NCBI GenBank assembly: GCA_002633005.1
Contig: NMRA01000546.1
Location: 59,967 to 114,793 of the forward strand
Direction of reading: 5' to 3'
DNA: 54,827 nucleotides
From: Phoronis australis
Lineage: Eukaryota > Animalia > Phoronida
The notes beneath the pieces are model-generated. The model saw only the letters and a list, made by a program, of their open reading frames with translations, had not been told where the DNA came from and did no database searches. Below, in pieces: positions 40,101 to 49,100 of this stretch; the first letter of the stretch is position 1, and each line of letters opens with the position of its first letter. The position numbers and the translations under genes are program-made.

Positions 40101-43100
40101 AAAATAAATTCTCTCACGCACACTTGGCCTTCTCACCCCTTCAAGTTTGACTCTGATAGTAAGAAAACTTGGGTGTGGTTGGGATTGCAAGATTCTTAAC
40201 ATGTGGCAAAGTATTTTGGATTCAAACAGCTAGTCAGATATTATATCCTGGCACGAGCAGTTTAAAAATGGCCGCAGCTGCCGATTTGGGCAATTGAACC
40301 AAGGATTGTTCGAAAACGTGATTGTTTTCCCTTCAATTCAGCTCCCACACATCATATTCCTGGGGCTCGTTCCAACAAAACTGACTTAGCTAAGACAAAT
40401 CTTAAAGTTTAGTAAATTTCAAAATAAAAGTTGAATTTGTCTCAAAACCAATTCAGGAAAGAGGTCTTAAGTTTGACTTAAGAGTTTGGCATAAGTTTTG
40501 TCTTAATTTTGACTAACTTACCGAATGTGGAAGTTTCAAAGTTTGGAAGTTAAGACAAACCTTAAACTTAAGTCAAAAATGAACTTAAGTCAGTTTCTTG
40601 GAACAGGCCCCTGGTCTGCACGCCATTCACTACTTTTTCTCCCAAATTGGGGCATATATTGAAAAGCAAGATTCCCTTGCCGCGCGCCACTCAGGTCAAC
40701 TCCAAACCTAAACATCTGCTTATCGAAAGATCGCCAATTGCGCTTTTTAGAATTTTAAAAAATGCCTGCTGATTCCTACCCCTATTGCGGGGAACCGATA
40801 AATAGTAACGGGACAGGTTTTCACGGTCGTGGCGTCATATTTTCATGGCTTGAACATTCCTCATATTAAATTTAGACCTTGTGACGTCATTTTTTTCATG
40901 GCTTGTGAAAAATGTAACTGGGGTCATCATAGACATCACATAGACCGGGCGTGCACCTCTCAGCTAGGAGGCACTGAAAAGTTCTCACGGGGGTTTGCCT
41001 GTCAGAACACACGTCAATGGCCTCTTCACCCTTTCTTCACTCTGTCAAAAACTGCACGCAAATAACGAAAAATTTTGAGTCCTTTCTCATCACAAGCCCT
41101 ACAGATGAGTACAGAAATGTTATTCTCTCTTGTGTTTTTGACCCTTTCGCTCCAAGGGAAAACCAAGGAAGTTTAAGAAAAAAGGGACAAAACTACAAAA
41201 TCGGCACATTTCACCCCCAAAACCAACACTTCCAACATTAGATTCCGAAAGCAAATTCCTTACCAATTCCAAAAATGTGGTCCAAAAGTACTGTCAACCA
41301 ACTATTTTTTTGCAAATCTGGCTTGGTTGAGGGCTAACTGTAATCGCAACCAATTTATAAGTTGCTACACAGCAATGCACAATTGCAACAGGAGGCCACC
41401 ATCATGAAAAAGAGTGCAGCTTCAGCCGAGAAAGTGGCCTTTTTTATTCTCAGCGGGTTCACAAATATAAAAAAACACATTAACATAGCCTACATGTACG
41501 TGCAATGCCTACTTACAAAATCCGCCCAACTTTGGCCTACCCAAACTTTTAATATTTTGGGAGTGCAAATTGGCCGCGACCGCAGCCTAACTGTTCAGTG
41601 CCAACTTAAACAAGACCACCTTTTCCAAATTTTGTTCATAATAGTTCCTCTCCATCAGCTCACCTACTGTGGCAAATAAAAAGTTGAACCGGTGATCAAT
41701 TTTGTTTTTATGAAGTGTTCGGATGTGCACAGCCCGGAGCCTGGGGTTTTCAGGCCAGACCCACTTTACACAGATTAAGACAGCCGATGTAGTTCCCTGC
41801 TCTGGTTTGCCCTATACTGACTTTTACTGGGACAAATCCAAGAAAAGTGATACACTTAAACGTGAAACAAGCAATAAATGTTTAGTTCAGATTAGTTTCC
41901 TGACCCTAGAGCTTCACTGTAATCCTCATTGAGGCTAACTCATTGTGTATAGGGGACATATTTTTGACAGAAGTCGACTTGGGTAACCATGAAAGGCATG
42001 GATACAAGAAATTTGGACAGCTAACTTTCTCTCGCAACCTTGTTGTTGAGTGGTGAGCACATACAAAGTAGCCTGGAAAGCGACACATTTTCATTTGGAG
42101 CAACGAGAGAAAAAGGACAATTCAGAAGGGACACAGTTTATTCAACAAAGACGGCTACCCTTCCAGTAGACAAAGACAGCTAGATGGCGCAATAGACAGT
42201 TGCAGTACTGTGCGTTTCCGACATTTTGAAACTAAGGGGGTCACCAACCTCGCTGATGGCGATGGCACTGGGCCAACACTTTCTTACACAAGGTCAGGCC
42301 AAGCACCAAAACAGAATGCAGATACCGTGAGACCAAACTATTTGACGGCAGGAAGGGATATCACCGTAAACATACATCCGGGGCTAGAATTAGGTTTACA
42401 GCGTTAGGGTTACAGGGTTAGGGCAAGAGCTCCAGGGTTAGAGTCAGGGTAGGGGTTAAGGTTGTACTTCCAAGGTTAGGGTTAGGGTCCTGGTGTTAGG
42501 CTTATGATCGTACGATTAAGGTTTGGATTAGGGCTAGGCCGGTTAGGGCTAGTTAGAGTAAAGATTAGGCTGTTTCTACAAATAATGTAAAAATTAATCA
42601 GCAAAAACTACTGCCAAGACTTTGATTAGTGACATAGAAAAGAAATAGTGCCAAAACTTGGAATTATTTGACAGTTGAAATTCGACCACTTCTTTTTAAA
42701 TAAGAACGCATTTCTCAACTTTTGTTCGGAATAATTCCTCTCCATCTGTTCACCTACTGTGTCAAGTAAAAAGATAAGCCAGTGGCAATTTTGTTTTTAT
42801 GAGGTGATCGGATGTGCCCAAACTGAAGGCTGGCGTTTTCATGCCAGAACCATGTTACACAGATTAAGAGACCCGATGTACAGTAGTTCCCTGCTATGTT
42901 TTGCACGATACTGACTTTTATGGAACAAATTCAAAAAAGTGATCATTTTAAATATGATACAAGGAATGAAATTCAATTAACAAGTCAAGTTTTCGCAGTA
43001 CTGGCTGGAGCATACGTCGTATTTTTGTAGACTTTTGATGCGGTTAACTGGAACCAATCAGGAGTTTATTGTCGCATCTAAAATTGGTAACAACCTTCAC

Positions 43101-46100
43101 TCATCCATCCACTGGGGAAAACGTGACACTCCTAGGGACATGAACACAGCACTCCGTTGGCATGTTGTATTCTGAACTTCATGAAAAATCATGATCGGAT
43201 TACTTTACAGCTATCGTAGTGTTGCGACATTTCGACGACATGTCGCCGACATAGTCGCTTGACAAATCCATCGCATCTTAAAAGATTCCAACACAATTAA
43301 TTCAATTCTCTGATTTCGTTAAAAGTTGAAATCACATATAATAAGCATGTAAATAGTTATGACGTAAAACATTCCCTTGCCATGATGACATTCATTTGTA
43401 GAGTGCTGAGCTGCATTTGAAGTACAGTGATCACGGATTGGAAAGGCAAGACAGTTGCATGGTTCTGAGTATTGAACGGCGTTTTTGGCTTGTACATGTA
43501 AATGCTCTCTACAGTGTACGCATATGATCTTTGAAGCCAGAGAAAGGAAGTCCTATTGTGTTAACAAAATTTGGAGACCCATTCAATTAGGATAAGTTAC
43601 ATGTGCTTAGTTTTGATTTTCCTATTGAGACAGACAATCAGCGAGCACTGCACATTTAGTTGTTTGAGAATTGTTAAATTTCGTTAGACCGATACCTCTT
43701 ATTTATTATCACAGGATGAAGAAAAATCCGAGGAAGTTGCACGGGAAAATGATCACCAATCCAATGCCATCTACCTTAAGCTGCCTTCTAGCGATGTGGT
43801 ACGTAATCAGAATTGTATGGAAAAGCTGGCATGAATGAACTTTTCTCACCAAAATTTCAAAACTCGTCGACGTTTATATGCGCCCACATATTTATATATG
43901 GGCGCATTATGCCGTCATCTCCGTCCGTTCGTCCGTCCAGCATCCGTCCGGTGTCCGCTAATTCATCTCCAAAACCTTTTGACATACGTTCATGAAATTT
44001 GGCACATGTGTTCCATTCATTAATGGGACGGCATGAGCGAAATTTGGAACAGATCCGACTACCGGTGTGCCCCCTAGTGGCAATTTTAGTTTTTTTACGC
44101 TAACCTTTGTATCTTCAAAAATCCTGAACGGATTTTCATGAAATTTGATATGTATGCACCTATTAGTGAGATGACGGATTTGACTTAGTTAACGCCATCT
44201 AGTGGCCATTTTTACTGCTTTCGAGTATGTCTTTTTGCGTCCACCCCTCTATCAACCAAACCGCTCAAAGGATGTTTGTGAAAATTGGCCTGTATGTGCT
44301 TACTATAAAGAGGACGGTTGATGATGAATATTCTGACGATTTTGACTACTGTGGCGCCTCCTAGTGGCATTTTTGCGCCTATGTCTGTATCTCCTAAACC
44401 ATTTTCAGGATCTTTACGAAATTTAGTAAGTGTATTTATATGATGTTAACAACAGATGACGACGACTTTTGGACGGATCCAACTACCGGTGTGCCCCATA
44501 GTGGCAATTTTATTTTTTACGTTTTCCTTTTGTATCTTCAAAAGTCCTTAACGGATTTTCATGAAATTTAATAAGTAAGCACCTACATGTATTATTGAAA
44601 TGACGCTATCCTTCCGTTTTTGGATGGATTTGACGCAATTTGCGCCACCTAGTGGGCATTTTACTGTATTCGAATCTGTTTTTTTGCGTCTACCCCTCTA
44701 TCAACCAAACCGCTCAAAGGATGAATGTGGAAATTGGCATGTATGTGAGGACGATGGATGATGATTTTCCGACGATTTCGTCTACTGTGGCGACTCCAAT
44801 TGGTAGTTTTGTTTTTGTTGCGTCTAGGGCTATATCTCCTAAACCGTTCACAGGAATTTAGCAAGTGTATTTATATGATGTTGACTACGCATGACGACGA
44901 CTTTCAGACAGATCTGACTACTGCTATGCCCCCTAGTGACAATTTTAGTTTTTTACGTTTCACTCAGTATCTTCAAAGGCGGATTCAACAGACACTGTGC
45001 CCACTAGTAGCAATTTCATTTTATTCTGTTTTCCTTTGTTTCTCTGAAGTTCCTTGACAGATTTTTATAAAATATGGCATGTTCCTGTTTTTGGATGGAT
45101 TGTATGTTTTTGCGCCATCTAGTGACTGTTTTTATGATACAAATAAATAACCTTAAAAGCACATCATTTACAATGCATTCGTGAAACATAAACAGAAGGA
45201 ACTATTGGTCGCTATTCTATGTTTAGAACCTGGGTAAAATTCACATTTTATTATAAAATAAACACTTAAATATTACGGTTTTGGATTGTGAAACGCTATC
45301 ATGAAGTTTGTCATTTACTTGTCTCCTTGTCTCATTTGATAGATGGATGGAAGAGATGCATCTACCTTGAAGGTGCAAACCTCCCATTTAATGTACTCCA
45401 TACACGTGTGTGCCTAATATCTTCAAATATTTTGGCATTTCTTTCATGAAACGCCGGGCTAAAAAGTATTGCCAATATAACAAAAAGCAATCGATTTAAC
45501 GCAGTTTTGTTGATTTACGAAAAGCTTGATTTCATAACTGGTCTCAGAAACTTACATCTCGACATAGGAGACACCGCAAATCTGTGTAATTACTGTGCAA
45601 TTTGATAGGGTACCCTTTGATGTGTTCTTACTAATGTTAAAGGGTGCTTAGTTAAAGGCTTACAGTTCATTCAAAGTAAACCTTCTTTTCCTGCAGATGA
45701 TCCACGTCTCTCAAACCGTATCCGGCGAAAATCCAACTGGAGCCACTGACTCTCTTGGGTACCATGACTACGCTGACGCATTAGCGGATTTTTTATTGGA
45801 TCACGAGCTAAGCACTGGAACTACAATCGGTCTTCTTGGCAACTGGGGGGCTGGAAAAACGTTCTTGTTGAACATGTTGAAGAAACGAATAATGGAGAAA
45901 AACGCTGGTAATAATTTAAAATATTTTTGACAAACAACCGCCAGACCCGTTTCAATGAAACCGCTTTTGGTCACGAGGCACCGTTACAGGCAATTGCTAT
46001 TACGTCGTTCATCCAGCCGTGTTGTATCAAAATATTTTTGGCAATGGGATGCCTTAAATACGACGCGCTTTTCCTCTACAAATGGAACCGTTTCTCTGAA

Positions 46101-49100
46101 TGAGCAGGAAATTCAATGACTAGAATTCGACATTGGCTACGTGTGTTACTGCAGGCTTCACGGTAAGGAGAGATAAACTGGAAGTTTTCGTCTCAGGGGT
46201 CGGAGCTCTGCCTCCAAGACGCCTAGTCGGTACAGGCCGCGTCGCTCAGTTGCCTTTTTAGGTAATCCCATAGTGCACTGATTGCCAGGGCCAGGTCTCT
46301 TATCTTTGTACTCAAAATGAACTCGAAATTATTTTTGGCAATTTCACTGCTCCTATTGCGGGAGCTTAAGATAAGTGGTTATCAGGCTGTGCTCGAATAC
46401 ATCATAACTTATGCATATGAGTTTACAGTTCATCATAATTATGCATATGAGTTTACAGTTCATCATAATTATGCATATGAGTTTACAGTTCATCATAACT
46501 TATGCATATGAGTTTACAGTTCATCATAACTTATGCATATGAGTTTACAGTTCATCATAACTTATGCATATGAGTTTACAGTTCATCATAACTTATGCAT
46601 ATGAGTTTACAGTTCATCATAACTTATGCATATGAGTTTCCAGTTCAAGTTCGCACTTGAAAACCCTGATGTTCGTGCTCGAAACACAAGTAGAAACTCG
46701 AAATTTCGAGTTCAAACTTGAACTTTTATCTTTCATATTGGGTTTATAAACTGCAAACTAAGGCTATTTATATCATCCATGTAAGTCATTATGTACTCCA
46801 GCACAGAATAATAGACACTTATCTTGAATTCACAGTAAAGTAGAGTAGAATAATGCCGAACATAATTTTGAGTTACATTTCCAGTAAAGGACTGGAAACC
46901 GGGCCAGGGATACATGTAGGTTGTTTTGTCCTCGGCAATGAAGTTTGGCCACCGTGTATAGAACATGATTGGGACGTGAATGGAAATAAGTAACACTGGT
47001 CTGTGGTCTCATCGGTGCGTGCTGCATGGGCGGCCCAGCACTGAAAAGTGAGGGCGTGGCTATAGCCTCCCAACTCCCATAGACCATTGGCGCCGGAGCC
47101 TTGTAAAGTGGGGGATATAGCCCCCGACAGTCCCTTATGCTTCGCCGCTTATGTGCTGATATGGAGTGGTGCTGGGAAGCCCTGCTATCATAACCCGAAA
47201 AAATAAGGATTTTTGAAAAAGGTCTTCTTTCAGCTGGACTTGAAGCACATTTATACCGAAAAGTTCCCATTCATTTTATACTGAAGCAAAGAAAAAATGA
47301 TTGAGAACCTTATCAAAAAATTGTTCCGATGTCTTTCCAAATAAGAAATAAACGGGCCACAAGCAACGTGAATCTCCCTGTTTTCGCGTAAAATACGCGA
47401 TCACTAACGGGACTACGTCACAGCCAACAATGGCATGTCTGACGTGGAAATTATATGTGTGTGATATTTCAGGTTCACATTGTTTTTTACAAAACCTCTC
47501 TATTGTAATGGTGGGCGAGATACGTATTCGATTCTGATCTGCGAATGCTGACTCCCGTTCAGTAACGCTAGGACCTCGCTAAAAAGCAAGACTTCGCGAG
47601 ATTACGTGAGATATTGCCATGCATTTTAAATAAGAACATTTGACTTTGACTAGGTTTTAGCTAGGTCCTAGTGTAGGTCCTAGCGTCTACTGAATGCACG
47701 CCTGGTAACGGCTACCTTAAGTAGCATAGCTCGTAAAATATTAATTATTGTTTTTGCATTTCTTTGGTTTCAGATGACAAAACCCAGAAAATAAAGTGGA
47801 GTGTTGAGGAGTGGAGGGCATACCCTTTGTGGGCTTATTTCGTCACGGTGTGCTGCATTCTCGCCGTTATAACTGGCTGGACGTGGCTCGCTGTACTGTT
47901 GGAAGCAGACGCCTTTGAAGACCTTGATTTCTATCTCTACGTTAGTACAAGGAACATCTGTATAGTTGTGATGCTCATTACAATTGTGCTTTGTTATCAG
48001 GTTTATTTACTTTGTCATTCACGGATGCGATTTCTATTCACCGGAACAGTGGTGGTCATTGTCTTTACTGTAGTTTTATACCTTTGTTCACCTGATCACC
48101 TTGCAGTCCTTTCCAACATGAGCAAGCTTTTTCGTTTCGCGAAGAGTGCATTACCCGATCGCCTTGCGGCCTTCACCAACGTGAACAAGCTTTTGCTTCA
48201 GGTGATGAGTACGTATTCTCTCGTGATTTCCACATCAATTGTTGTGCTCATTCATTTGGTATCCAGGTTTGTGAAGCACTTGGAAAACTTCCTAAAGATC
48301 GTACTTCTCGTCTTTTGCCAAACGCCTCCGTCACCCACTGAGAAGGCTAAAGTAAAGATAATTGAAGTTCAGTTTAGTGCTTGGGAATATGCAGGTTCTG
48401 ATTTTCTTTGGGCAGGTATTGTATGTAACATGTCTGCTAAAGTGGAGGAGTATTTTGGATTCTGGAAAACAAGACTGTTTCAGGTTTTTCATGCGTTGAC
48501 AGACATGTCAGTGGTGGATGATGAAGAACCGAATGTATCAGCAGACAGCCAGTACGTGAACATTCGACTACGACGAATTTCATCCTTACCCTGCTATGTA
48601 GTGGCTTGGTTCTGTTTCTGTGGGACGTCAGCCTTTTGTATTAGGGGTTTTGTTACGCTTGCTAAAAAATATTTCCCAGATGAAGCATTTCCTGCCGTAA
48701 TTTTTTCAGTGATACTTCTTGTGGTGAGCAAATACAGCGCCATCAAATCATACCTGGTATCACCGGCGCAGCGTATAATGAACATGTACAAATCGTTTTC
48801 AAATTCTTCATTTGAAGAAGAGCTGGGTTTCATGTATCGAGTGAAGGGGGAAATAAATAATTTAGCTAAGTTTATCAAATACATGAATTGCGTCGACCAA
48901 AGGCATTATCGCCTGTTGATAGTAATCGATGACATTGATCGTTTAGAGAAGAAAAAGATCCGTAAAATTTTACAAGCAGTGAATGTTCTCCTATCTGACT
49001 CATCCCATCCTTTTATTTCGATTCTAGCCATTGACCCCAGAATTGCAGAATCCGCTGTAGAGCAGTCTTTCATGTCGAACAGGAGCTCCAAATCCTCTGA

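Noticed and set aside
43766-45376. Similarity between exon 10 (gccatctaccttaagctgc) and putative exon 11 (gcatctaccttgaaggtgc) as a duplicated linker exon
   Set aside because: Under 20 nt and in different reading frames; may be chance.
46401-46646. CRISPR-like array (30-31-bp repeats); likewise the arrays at 10.2, 12.8, 35.7 and 36.1 kb
   Set aside because: Head-to-tail repeats with no unique spacers, no cas genes, eukaryotic intron context.
47026-47153. Small hAT-like MITE remnants (also ~16734-16812)
   Set aside because: Termini too degenerate and no TSD found.
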